The position numbers and the translations under genes were made by a program. DNA of 64,000 nucleotides from Oscillospiraceae bacterium (lineage in GTDB: Bacteria; Bacillota; Clostridia; Oscillospirales; Acutalibacteraceae): positions 115,394 through 179,393 of the forward strand of contig JAFLUM010000002.1 of the NCBI GenBank assembly GCA_022508805.1. The letters run 5' to 3'. The notes beneath the pieces are model-generated. The model saw only the letters and a list, made by a program, of their open reading frames with translations, did no database searches and was not told the DNA's origin. Below are positions 48,441 to 57,385 of this stretch, piece by piece. Within the stretch, counting starts at the first letter, position 1, and each line of letters opens with the position of its first letter.

Positions 48441-49847
48441 TTAATAGTATCCTTCGGGGAAATCTATTACCATTTTTATGTTTTTATCGTCTTTTTTTCT
48501 ATCGTACAAAAACGTGGCAAGATTTGCATCGTCTAATGAAACTTCGCCATGATTTTGTTCCCAATCCAAAACGAAGGGGAAAAATGTTTCGTCGAAATAC
48601 TCTTTGGACATTGTCGCGGTCAATATGAAATTTTCTTCACTTACAATAAAGTCCTGTCCGCTTAAATACTCGCCTAAATACTTTTTGAAAGCAAGGACGA
48701 TAGCTTTGTCTTTATGACTGTCTAAATATTCTTTTGCCAACGCAACTTGCTCTTCCATCTCTTTTTTATAGCTTTCAATGTCGAGAGCGGCTGTGGCATC
48801 GTCACCCAACGAAGATAACACTCCTAAATCAACGAACAAATTATCCCCTATTTTTTCAACTCTTCTATAAGGAACACCCCAATTATCAGCCTGCACAAAC
48901 ACATACATGTCATTTGGAGATTCGGTATTAAACAAATTTTCTTCAGTCAAATAGCGGTTATAAATTGCGATTTGGTTGTAGAAATCCCGCATATTGATTG
49001 TGATTTCTTCCCCGTTAATATTTACATATATGTTTCTCTCATCAAAACAGAAGGGATAAGAAGTATTTTTATCAAAGCCTTGCATTACTTTAAGGACTCT
49101 GTCTTCCATACCGGAATAGTCCACATCGTTCATATCCCCGTTCCATTCCCAAAAATTAAAGTCGTCATCCTCGGAATCATAGGGATAATAGCCTAAAAAC
49201 TCTTCAGCGAAGGTCATATAGGCGCTTTGGCTGATAATGCTTTTTATATTTGCATCATTTGTAAACAAATCCGAAAAGCTGATTTGTTCACCTGTGCTTA
49301 AATCATAATTCAGCCCTATCCATTTATGCGATTCATACGGCTGATAATCGGCTTCTGCACCGTAAGCATATTTGATTATTTCGACAGACAGTACATTTGC
49401 AAAATCAGCATAAAGGTTTGAATAAATATGAACATATTCTAACTTTTTGCTCTTTAATTCGCCTTTTTCGTATTGAGATAAAGCTACGGTTTTTAGTTCA
49501 CTGTTTATTTTGTTTTGAACGTCAATATTTTTTAATCCGTCTATTTGCATATATTGGATTTGAACCGGTGGTTCACCGTCTATTGATCCTTCGGGATATT
49601 CTTCCTTATATATTATATTTAAAGGCTGTACGGCGTATCTTTCTTCTAACGACTTAAGTCCCAAGCCGTCAGGTTCTACAGTTATCGGTTCTTTTGAATT
49701 TACCGTTTCTTTAGGGGGTTCAGGTTCTTGTTCACTCTGTTTTGACAGTGCGTTGTTCGTTACAGTGATTGCAATTGCCGTGATGATAACGCAAATCAAG
49801 GTGAAAGCTATTAAAAGCAGAATACTTTTTTTATTTGACCGGGACAT
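48441..49847 (-). CDS. membrane-anchored extracytoplasmic hypothetical protein (DUF4163/DUF3298-like, RsiV/PdaC-type resemblance)
   Basis: A signal anchor, then the segment QIQYMQIDGLKNIDVQNKINSELK, which recalls the DUF4163 N-terminal pattern. The gene is low in GC. The family call is tentative. Confidence 0.72.
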   Translation of the reverse strand: MSRSNKKSILLLIAFTLICVIITAIAITVTNNALSKQSEQEPEPPKETVNSKEPITVEPDGLGLKSLEERYAVQPLNIIYKEEYPEGSIDGEPPVQIQYMQIDGLKNIDVQNKINSELKTVALSQYEKGELKSKKLEYVHIYSNLYADFANVLSVEIIKYAYGAEADYQPYESHKWIGLNYDLSTGEQISFSDLFTNDANIKSIISQSAYMTFAEEFLGYYPYDSEDDDFNFWEWNGDMNDVDYSGMEDRVLKVMQGFDKNTSYPFCFDERNIYVNINGEEITINMRDFYNQIAIYNRYLTEENLFNTESPNDMYVFVQADNWGVPYRRVEKIGDNLFVDLGVLSSLGDDATAALDIESYKKEMEEQVALAKEYLDSHKDKAIVLAFKKYLGEYLSGQDFIVSEENFILTATMSKEYFDETFFPFVLDWEQNHGEVSLDDANLATFLYDRKKDDKNIKMVIDFPEGYY

Positions 49848-50742
49848 AACCTGCTCCTTCTGCTATTTCCTGACCTTTGTCAGAAAGCATAGCATCCACT
49901 AACTTTCTGACCTTACTGTTTTCAGGTTCATCCTTACGTATAACTATGTAGTAAGCGGTTTGAATAGGATATGAGCCGTCATAAATAGTTTCGTTTGTAG
50001 GCTTTACACCGTCTACACCTAAAAGAGTTATTCCGTTGGCAATGCTTGCATCCATATCCTGGAACATAGTGGTAGCATAGTAATAATAAGAATAACCGAT
50101 AGAATAACGGCCGTTGTCGTAGCTTGATACCAAATTGATTATCTGATACATAGTATCAACAATATCTTCGGTAACCGGCTTCATAAGGGGCAAATCCTTC
50201 ATAACTAATGAAAGCATACCCGTTTGACTGCCTGAATTGACCGGTCTTTGATATGCTCTGATAGGGGCGTCGTCTCCGCCTACCTCTTTCCAGTTTGTAA
50301 TTTCACCTGTATAGATTTTTTGAATTTGCTCAAGTGTTAGATTATCAACCGAATTTTCACTGTTGACATAGAAAACAAATCCCTCTTTTACAACGGGAAT
50401 TACTTCTAACTCGACACCTTTCTCTTTTGCCAAAGCCAATTCTTCTTCTGACGGCTCCGTTACGATAATTAAATCCACCTCATCGTCAATGAGTTTTACA
50501 TATCCCGGATGAGTATTTGTATAACCTAACCGTTCGTCGGATATTTCTTTTTCACCCGTAAACTCCTTAATAAATGCCGTTGCAAGGGGTTGAGTAGCTA
50601 AAGATGCGTCAACCGTCGGGTAATCATCTAATGAGAATAGAGGTTTACTGTCAGGTCTAAACTTATCTTGAGTAAAAAATAAGAATGAACCTATGCATCC
50701 GATAATTACAAGGGTCACAACAATAATTTTTACTTTTTTCAT
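49831..50742 (-). CDS. PstS-like (PBP type 2) substrate-binding lipoprotein, orphan
   Basis: A lipobox-like VIIGC and PBP motifs (DASLATQPLA, RPVNSGSQ). No ABC permease or ATPase gene is nearby. Confidence 0.8.
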   Translation of the reverse strand: MKKVKIIVVTLVIIGCIGSFLFFTQDKFRPDSKPLFSLDDYPTVDASLATQPLATAFIKEFTGEKEISDERLGYTNTHPGYVKLIDDEVDLIIVTEPSEEELALAKEKGVELEVIPVVKEGFVFYVNSENSVDNLTLEQIQKIYTGEITNWKEVGGDDAPIRAYQRPVNSGSQTGMLSLVMKDLPLMKPVTEDIVDTMYQIINLVSSYDNGRYSIGYSYYYYATTMFQDMDASIANGITLLGVDGVKPTNETIYDGSYPIQTAYYIVIRKDEPENSKVRKLVDAMLSDKGQEIAEGAGYVPVK

Positions 50743-50768
50743 TTTTCATTTCCCCTTTTAATATAAGT

Positions 50769-51323
50769 TTATTTTAGGCTGTCCGGCATTTCAAAATTCT
50801 TACCGAAAAGCTCTTTGTCGCCTACTTTATAGATAACTTTTCCGACTACGTATCTTTCATCAATAAGTCCGACGTACATATCTCGGCTATCCGCTGAATT
50901 ATTGCGGTTATCGCCCATTACGAAGAGCATTCCTTCGGGAATAACGTATGTTCTTGTCATTGAATAAGTGAATTCCATATTTTCCTTGATAAACGGTTCA
51001 TCAACGATGGCGCCGTCAATAACGACCTTGCCTGATTCTTCATCAAATGAAACGGTCTGCCCGCCCACACCGATCACACGCTTGATAAGTACCTTATCAT
51101 AGCCATTGGGCTGGGAAATTACTACCACATCGCCGTATTTAAATTCCGGGTTGATAACTTGTATCAATACGTTGTCACCGTTGTGAAGGGTATTTTCCAT
51201 CGACTCACCGAAAACGGTAGAAATCTTGAAAAACAGGGTAAATATAATACAAACGACCATGACAGCCGTCAATAAAACCGACGCAAAATCATATACTGCA
51301 GAAATAATTTTATTATTGTTCAT
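50769..51323 (-). CDS. lepB: signal peptidase I
   Basis: Ser box GESMENTL, Lys box IKRVIG, and GDNRNNSADSR. I set the start to ATG 51323, 8 nt after GGAGG; the track ORF runs to 51344. Confidence 0.9.
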   Translation of the reverse strand: MNNNKIISAVYDFASVLLTAVMVVCIIFTLFFKISTVFGESMENTLHNGDNVLIQVINPEFKYGDVVVISQPNGYDKVLIKRVIGVGGQTVSFDEESGKVVIDGAIVDEPFIKENMEFTYSMTRTYVIPEGMLFVMGDNRNNSADSRDMYVGLIDERYVVGKVIYKVGDKELFGKNFEMPDSLK

Positions 51324-51918
51324 TGTCGCTGAGCCTCCAATCACCTAAAGGATAAACACGCACCTTTGCCACACCGAGAACGTATCTTTCATCAATAAAT
51401 CCGACAATTTTAAAGCGGCTGTCGGTAGAATCGTTGCGGTTGTCGCCCATTAAGAACAGGTAACCGTCCGGCACGGTCAGAGGATATGTAAAATCACCTC
51501 TGCGGGCGGTCGGTGCGGCAATATAAGGCTCGTCGAGAACCTCGCCGTTGACCGTCACAGTATGGTTATCGAAATCAATATCGACAGTATCTCCGCCGAT
51601 AGCAATAACGCGTTTTACAAGCGGTTCGTTTAAAATATTCGGCTGTGTAGTAATAACAATATCCCCGCGCTCAATATTTGTAGTTACAGCGGTCACAAGC
51701 AGCCAATCGCCGTGATTTAATGTGGGATTCATTGACCTGCCGTTAACACCTACTACGCGGAAGACAAAGGTAAATATCAATAATATCAGACAAATAGCGT
51801 ACACAAGAGAGTCAAGCCATTCATAAATACCTCTCCACGCCTTTTTTTTGACACTTTCGTGAAATTTAACGTCACTGAATTCAATTTTGAATTCCTCGTT
51901 TTTTCTCAACACACTCAC
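51313..51918 (-). CDS. lepB: signal peptidase I (second copy)
   Basis: GRSMNPTL, VKRVIA and GDNRNDSTDSR motifs. Its 3' end overlaps the next lepB start. Confidence 0.9.
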   Translation of the reverse strand: MSVLRKNEEFKIEFSDVKFHESVKKKAWRGIYEWLDSLVYAICLILLIFTFVFRVVGVNGRSMNPTLNHGDWLLVTAVTTNIERGDIVITTQPNILNEPLVKRVIAIGGDTVDIDFDNHTVTVNGEVLDEPYIAAPTARRGDFTYPLTVPDGYLFLMGDNRNDSTDSRFKIVGFIDERYVLGVAKVRVYPLGDWRLSDNEQ

Positions 51919-51922
51919 CTGT

Positions 51923-52825
51923 TTATTTTATACTTTGTGCTATATCGCATATTTTCTGTAACCTATGATTGACGCCTGAACGTGATATTGGAGTACTCAG
52001 GTTACTGCCCAGCTCACGCAGGGACATATCGGGATTTTCGGTTCTGAGCACGGCTATTTCACGCAGCTCGTCAGACAGATAGAACAAGCCGACTGTATTT
52101 TTTATATGCTCAATAGCGTCTATCTGCCTTGCGGCGGCATCAATGGTTTTGTCAAAATTAGCGCTTTCAAAATTCAATTTACGGTTCACATTGTTACGCA
52201 TATCCTTATACATCTTTACGCCCATTAGCTCAAGACAGGAATTGACAGCGCCCATAACCGTAAGTATATCTTCAATTGACTCGCTGTCCTTAAAATAAAT
52301 AACATAGTTTGAATTTCGCCTGACCGTTTTAGGCTCTATGCCAAGTTCATCGTAATCCTTTATAAAATGCGTAAGATCTCGGCTGAGGTTCATATACGGC
52401 ACTACAAATTCAAGATGGTACCCTTTTTTAGGATCGTTTACCGTTCCGCAGGAAAGAAATGCTCCGCGAAGAAAAGCGTTTTTACAGCACTCGTCGGTTA
52501 TGTTGCTCCAGTTAAGCCTTAAGGCACCCGTTTTTTTATCGTAACCGAAGGTTTCAAGGACCTTGTTGCGGTCCTCCTGCGTTTTTACCTCCGCCTTATA
52601 TTTGCCTGCATCCGATTTTAAAAGCTTAGGCGTAACGCCGCAAATGTTCTTTACCATTTCGCAGTATTTTTCGGCAATTCCGCCGTGCTCGGTAAGCAGT
52701 GAAATGTCAAGTGAAGAAAAAGCCCTTGAAAACAGCATCATACCGTATGCAAATGCATGGCGGCAACACTCATTTTCCGTCTCAACAGATAATATTTCAT
52801 TTTTCACTTCCGCTGAAAATGACAT
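51923..52825 (-). CDS. whiA: DNA-binding protein WhiA
   Basis: N-terminus SFSAEVKNEI, LAGLIDADG-like halves and a C-terminal HTH (S.SGVNHRL.KI). Confidence 0.93.
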   Translation of the reverse strand: MSFSAEVKNEILSVETENECCRHAFAYGMMLFSRAFSSLDISLLTEHGGIAEKYCEMVKNICGVTPKLLKSDAGKYKAEVKTQEDRNKVLETFGYDKKTGALRLNWSNITDECCKNAFLRGAFLSCGTVNDPKKGYHLEFVVPYMNLSRDLTHFIKDYDELGIEPKTVRRNSNYVIYFKDSESIEDILTVMGAVNSCLELMGVKMYKDMRNNVNRKLNFESANFDKTIDAAARQIDAIEHIKNTVGLFYLSDELREIAVLRTENPDMSLRELGSNLSTPISRSGVNHRLQKICDIAQSIK

Positions 52826-52836
52826 ATTAAAAACCC

Positions 52837-53697
52837 TTATCTCTTTATATCACGGTGATATACCGACACATTATAGCCCTGCTGTTTTATGTTGTTATAA
52901 ACGATTTCCGCAAAGGTCACGGAACGGTGCTTACCGCCTGTACAGCCGACTGACACGGTAAGCTGACTTTTGCCCTCGCTGCGGTAAAGAGGTACGAGAT
53001 AGTTTATTAAATCTAAAAGCTTCGGGACAAGGCCGCGTGACTGTTCAAACTGCATAATATAGTCGCTGACACAGCTTTCAAGTCCCGTATGATTTTTAAG
53101 CTCCTGCACATAAAATGGATTAGGCAGACAGCGAACGTCGAAAACAAGGTCGGAATCCTTTGGAATACCGTATTTAAAGCCGAAGGAGATGACATTTACT
53201 TTAAGCGTATTGGAAACATCGTCAAGAAAAAGCTTTGCAATACGCTCTTTTAACTGCGACGTGTTAATAAGTGATGTATCTATCACATAATCGGCAATAT
53301 CTCTCGCCTTTTTAAGTATTTCACGCTCTTTTTGGATGATATCAATTAGTTCTACCGACGAATCATTGCTTGAAAGCGGATGCTTTCTGCGTGTTTCCTG
53401 ATAGCGGCGCAAAAGCACCTCGTTATCGGCATCAATAAACAGTATTTTGTATTCGCACTCCATAATACGCAGTTCATCAAGCGCTTTAAACAGCTGTGAA
53501 AAGGAGTCGCCCAGTCTTATATCCGCCACTATTGCGACCTTTTCCCGAACCTCTGCAGAATCACTGAGAATTTTTACAAAGGTCGGAATAAGCATTGGTG
53601 TCATATTGTCAACGCAAAAGAACCCGATGTCCTCCAGAGTGTCGATAGCTCTTGATTTACCTGCACCGGACATGCCTGTGACGATAACTAACTGCAT
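52837..53697 (-). CDS. rapZ: RNase adapter / nucleotide-binding protein RapZ (YvcJ)
   Basis: Walker A GMSGAGKS, FCVDN, and C-terminal CTGGKHRS. Confidence 0.93.
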   Translation of the reverse strand: MQLVIVTGMSGAGKSRAIDTLEDIGFFCVDNMTPMLIPTFVKILSDSAEVREKVAIVADIRLGDSFSQLFKALDELRIMECEYKILFIDADNEVLLRRYQETRRKHPLSSNDSSVELIDIIQKEREILKKARDIADYVIDTSLINTSQLKERIAKLFLDDVSNTLKVNVISFGFKYGIPKDSDLVFDVRCLPNPFYVQELKNHTGLESCVSDYIMQFEQSRGLVPKLLDLINYLVPLYRSEGKSQLTVSVGCTGGKHRSVTFAEIVYNNIKQQGYNVSVYHRDIKR

Positions 53698-53727
53698 AGT
53701 GCGTCTCCTTTCAACTTTCTTTACGGC

Positions 53728-54654
53728 TTATTGCTCGCCGACAATTTTTACCTCCGGTTCGAGCAATACTCCGAATTTTTCATAAACCGTTTTTTTAATA
53801 TATTCAATAAGTCGTAATATATCATCAGAGGTAGCACCGCCCCTGTTGATCACAAAGCCTGCGTGCTTTTCGCTCACCTGAGCGCCGCCGACTGTATAGC
53901 CCTTCAGACCGCATTCTTCAATAAGTGCACCTGCAAAATAGCCCTCGGGACGTTTAAAGGTGCTTCCCGCGCTGGGGAACTCAAGCGGCTGTTTATCGCG
54001 CCGTCTGAAAAGCTTATCGTCCATTGCCGCTTTAATTTCATCGGCATTTCCTTTTTTCAGCTTCAAAACTGCAGAAACAACCGTAAAGCCGTTATCGGTA
54101 TAAACACTGTGACGGTATCCGAGCGAGAGCTCATCGCCCGAAAGCTCACCCATATTTCCGTCAGAGTCAATATGTGTACAGCTTACGAGTACATCTTTCA
54201 TCTCACCGCCGTAAGCACCGGCGTTCATATATACCGCTCCGCCGAGAGTACCAGGAATTCCGTAAGCAAATTCAAGTCCTGACAGTGAATGCTCCAACGC
54301 AAAACTGCAAAGGCTTTTAAGCTGCGCTCCTGCCGAGCATTTAACGGTATCATCTCCGATAAGCTCTATTGAAGACATAGTTGAACCGATTTTTATGACA
54401 ACTCCGTCAATGCCTTTATCGGTTACAAGCAGATTGGAACCGTTGCCCATCACAAGCGGATTAACTCCTTGCTCTTTGCACAGTTTGATCAAGTCCGAAA
54501 GCATTTCAGCAGACTCAGGAATTATCAGTACCCGCGCATTGCCGCCCGTTTTAAAGCTTGTATATTTACTCATTGGAGCATTTTCTTCTACGTATGCTCC
54601 GCTCTGTTTAGCAAACGACACAATTTTGCCGTACACCGACATTACCTCTTTCAA
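53728..54654 (-). CDS. murB: UDP-N-acetylenolpyruvoylglucosamine reductase
   Basis: FAD-binding region (FKTGGNA, GNGSNLL) and C-terminal SAGSTFKRP. The exact start is uncertain among TTG 54654, ATG 54642 and GTG 54636. Confidence 0.93.
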   Translation of the reverse strand: MKEVMSVYGKIVSFAKQSGAYVEENAPMSKYTSFKTGGNARVLIIPESAEMLSDLIKLCKEQGVNPLVMGNGSNLLVTDKGIDGVVIKIGSTMSSIELIGDDTVKCSAGAQLKSLCSFALEHSLSGLEFAYGIPGTLGGAVYMNAGAYGGEMKDVLVSCTHIDSDGNMGELSGDELSLGYRHSVYTDNGFTVVSAVLKLKKGNADEIKAAMDDKLFRRRDKQPLEFPSAGSTFKRPEGYFAGALIEECGLKGYTVGGAQVSEKHAGFVINRGGATSDDILRLIEYIKKTVYEKFGVLLEPEVKIVGEQ

Positions 54655-54657
54655 AAG

Positions 54658-55626
54658 TTAATAATTTTGCCAGATATCGATTTCCTGTGCCTGTGGCTCG
54701 TAGCCGTCATCCATACCGAGATGGTGCAAAAGCTCCCTTGCCGCATTGTATCCCATCTTCTTTTGTCGGTTGTTCATTGCCGCGCATTCGATGATAACAG
54801 CAAGATTTCGACCGGGCTTAACGGGAACCACTGTAAGCGGCACTTTAATGCCCATAATTGTTATATATTCGTTGTCAAGTCCCATACGGTCATAGACTTT
54901 TTCGCTGTCCCAAGGCTCCAGCTGAACGACCATATTTATTTTTTCGGTAAGCTTAACGGCACCCATACCGAAAATTCGTCTGGCATTTATTATTCCTATG
55001 CCGCGAAGCTCAATGAAATGACGGATATTGTCAGGCGCTGAACCCACAAGAGTTTTTGCCGATGCCTTGCGTATCTCCACTGCGTCGTCGGCAATGAGAC
55101 GGTGACCGCGCTTTATAAGCTCAATTGCAGTCTCACTTTTTCCTACGCCGCTGTCGCCGACGATCAGCACGCCCTCGCCGTATACCTCAACAAGAACGCC
55201 GTGGCGGGTGATTCGCTCTGCCAACGCCGTACCAAGGTATGAGATAAGCGATGCCATACATTCCGATGTGGGCTCTGATGTTCTTAAAATCGGCACACGG
55301 TATTTTTCCGCAAGCTCCAGCATTCCGGGAAGCGGCTCAAAATTTCTTGTTATAATTATTACGGGGGGCTTTTGACTGATAAGTCTTTCCAGACTTTCAT
55401 ACCGTTTTTCATCGGAAAGCGATTTTAAATACTCAATTTCGGAAAGCCCCAAGAACTGAACGCGAGCAGGATCAAAGTGATAGTCGCATCCCGTAATCAT
55501 AAGACCGGGACGGTTTACGTCCTGAGAGACAATGGAAAGCTCTGCTGCACTGCACGGTAAATAAAGCGTTTCATAGCCGTATTCGTTAATTACCTTGTCA
55601 AGCGATACGGAATATTTAGTAACCAA
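54658..55626 (-). CDS. hprK: HPr kinase/phosphorylase
   Basis: Walker A GDSGVGKSE and the signature LIADD...EIRG.GI. Confidence 0.95.
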   Translation of the reverse strand: MVTKYSVSLDKVINEYGYETLYLPCSAAELSIVSQDVNRPGLMITGCDYHFDPARVQFLGLSEIEYLKSLSDEKRYESLERLISQKPPVIIITRNFEPLPGMLELAEKYRVPILRTSEPTSECMASLISYLGTALAERITRHGVLVEVYGEGVLIVGDSGVGKSETAIELIKRGHRLIADDAVEIRKASAKTLVGSAPDNIRHFIELRGIGIINARRIFGMGAVKLTEKINMVVQLEPWDSEKVYDRMGLDNEYITIMGIKVPLTVVPVKPGRNLAVIIECAAMNNRQKKMGYNAARELLHHLGMDDGYEPQAQEIDIWQNY

Positions 55627-55726
55627 AACGCCTACCTCCCCTTATAAATTTTAGTTTATAATATTATATAACATAGAGAAGATTTTTCCAATAGTTTTTT
55701 ATAAATATTTTAAGTAGAAGTTGATT

Positions 55727-55762
55727 AAGAAATGAACCCGACAGGATATTTCCCGTCGGGTC
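55727..55762 (-). terminator. intrinsic terminator after SASP gene
   Basis: The minus strand reads ACCCGACGGG-aaatat-CCTGTCGGGT followed by TCATTTCTT. Confidence 0.6.
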
Positions 55763-55789
55763 CCTTATTATGCGTCAGAAAAAGACTGC

Positions 55790-55984
55790 TTATTTCATGC
55801 CGTCTTCATATGACTTAATCATCTTTTTCACCATCTGGCCGCCCACAGATCCTGCCTGCTTAGAGGTAAGGTCGCCGTTGTAACCCTGTTTAAGATTTAC
55901 GCCTACTTCAGAAGCAGCTTCCATCTTAAATCTATTGAGAGCCTCACGTGCCTCGGGTACCATGCTCTTTGAATTCTTAGACAT
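55790..55984 (-). CDS. alpha/beta-type small acid-soluble spore protein
   Basis: SASP pattern L..FK.E.A.E.GV.L....NG.LTS...G.VGG.MVKKMI. I set the start to ATG 55984, after AAGGGG. Confidence 0.9.
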   Translation of the reverse strand: MSKNSKSMVPEAREALNRFKMEAASEVGVNLKQGYNGDLTSKQAGSVGGQMVKKMIKSYEDGMK

Positions 55985-56075
55985 TCTTAATACACCCCTT
56001 ATCAATAAATTTTGTTCATTGCGTTTGCAGTAGTATTTTGACCTATAGCCTTGTTTTTATTATTGAAAAATTTTG

Positions 56076-57032
56076 CTAATTTTCACCGTAGTCCCTGAGA
56101 GATAAAAAAGTATATCCCTCATCACGCGCCTTGTCGATTATCTGTGCCAATGCACCTGCATTATCAGGCGATACGGAGTGAAGAAGTATCACAGCACCCG
56201 GGTGAAGTCGGGATATGACAGTTTCGTACGCATACTGAGTACCCTTTTGCTGATTTAAGTCCCAGTCGGCATACGCCAACGACCAAAATACGCTTGTAAA
56301 TCCGAGAGAACCCACAAGGTCAAGAGCGCTTTCACTGTATTCACCCATCGGGAATCGGAAAAACGGTTCGCTGTAATTAAAGTTTTCACGAAGATAGTTA
56401 TCCATTGTCATAATTTCATCCGCCATTTGAGTTCTGGTGATGGACGCAAAGGACGGATGTGTCACAGAATGGTTACCGACGATGTGTCCCTCGTCGATCA
56501 TACGCTTTATCAGGTCGGGATTATCCTTTACCTGCGGTAACGTGCAGAAAAATGCGGCGTTAACCTTTTTCTCCTTGAGTACGTCAAGAATTTTAGCAGT
56601 ATAGCCGTTTTCGTACCCGCAGTCGAAGGTCAGATATAATACTTTTTCCTGTGACTTTGTGTCAAGGCAAAACGCCTTATATGAGCCGTCATCAAAAAAC
56701 TTCTGCGCACTTTTGGAAATCTCGTGCGCCTCACCGTTTTTTGCCACTCCATAGCTGTGAGCTATCTTTTTTGTGGAAAGTCCGCGTGTGTTTTCGGGAT
56801 CTAAAGCACTGTTTTTCTTCTTATTACCGACGTTAACAGGCGTAACGGTAATATCCTCGATATCGTTTTCCGAGGGTGTTTCCGTCGCGTTCTCGGTCGG
56901 AAGGGAGCTTTCGGTCAGGTCATTTTGATTATTATCAGGTACGGCAGCGTCATCGGCATTCTTTACGGCTGTGCAGGAACAAAGCAGCCCAAGTGCCAAA
57001 GCGGCGCAGATCGCCCTGTATTTTCCTTTCAT
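56076..57032 (-). CDS. pdaA: delta-lactam-biosynthetic peptidoglycan de-N-acetylase-like polysaccharide deacetylase (lipoprotein)
   Basis: A lipobox (LLCSC) and long colinear similarity to the PdaA pattern (LTFDCGYENGYT.KILDVLK...FF, GNHS..HP, FWS.A..DW...QKG..YAY, LLHSVS.DNA). Confidence 0.88.
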   Translation of the reverse strand: MKGKYRAICAALALGLLCSCTAVKNADDAAVPDNNQNDLTESSLPTENATETPSENDIEDITVTPVNVGNKKKNSALDPENTRGLSTKKIAHSYGVAKNGEAHEISKSAQKFFDDGSYKAFCLDTKSQEKVLYLTFDCGYENGYTAKILDVLKEKKVNAAFFCTLPQVKDNPDLIKRMIDEGHIVGNHSVTHPSFASITRTQMADEIMTMDNYLRENFNYSEPFFRFPMGEYSESALDLVGSLGFTSVFWSLAYADWDLNQQKGTQYAYETVISRLHPGAVILLHSVSPDNAGALAQIIDKARDEGYTFLSLRDYGEN

Positions 57033-57045
57033 TCGACCAGCTCCG

Positions 57046-57222
57046 TTACTTCATCATATTGCTCATACCGTCAACAACATTTGCGAAGGTATTGACTGCC
57101 TTTTTGGTTGCTTTTTTCATCTTTCTCTTTGTGGAACTTCTTGTGACTGCGCCGGTTACGGCAAGTGCCGCAGTACCTGCGAGAATACCCGCTCCTATGG
57201 TTTTGTACATATTCATTTGCAT
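57046..57222 (-). CDS. hypothetical 58-aa small membrane protein (absent from ORF track)
   Basis: My hand translation gives MQMNMYKTIGAGILAGTAALAVTGAVTRSSTKRKMKKATKKAVNTFANVVDGMSNMMK. An AAGGAGGAAG RBS lies about 5 nt upstream. Confidence 0.5.
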   Translation of the reverse strand: MQMNMYKTIGAGILAGTAALAVTGAVTRSSTKRKMKKATKKAVNTFANVVDGMSNMMK

Positions 57223-57385
57223 TTTTCTTCCTCCTTCTTAATTAAATATTTGCTCATTTTGATTTTGAGCAATAATATTCTTTGACGGATTTTGAAAAAA
57301 ATTATGAAAGTGTATTTAAAAATTTTTCTAAAAATGTTATAACTAAATACGGATAAAATGCAAATTTAAAATTCAGGTGAAATAT

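Noticed and set aside
55985-56075. A sigma-G/sigma-F forespore promoter upstream of the SASP gene.
   Set aside because: It is expected biologically. However, I could not align a convincing GnATA-17/18-CATnnTA pair; only CAAAATA-like fragments occur, with wrong spacing.
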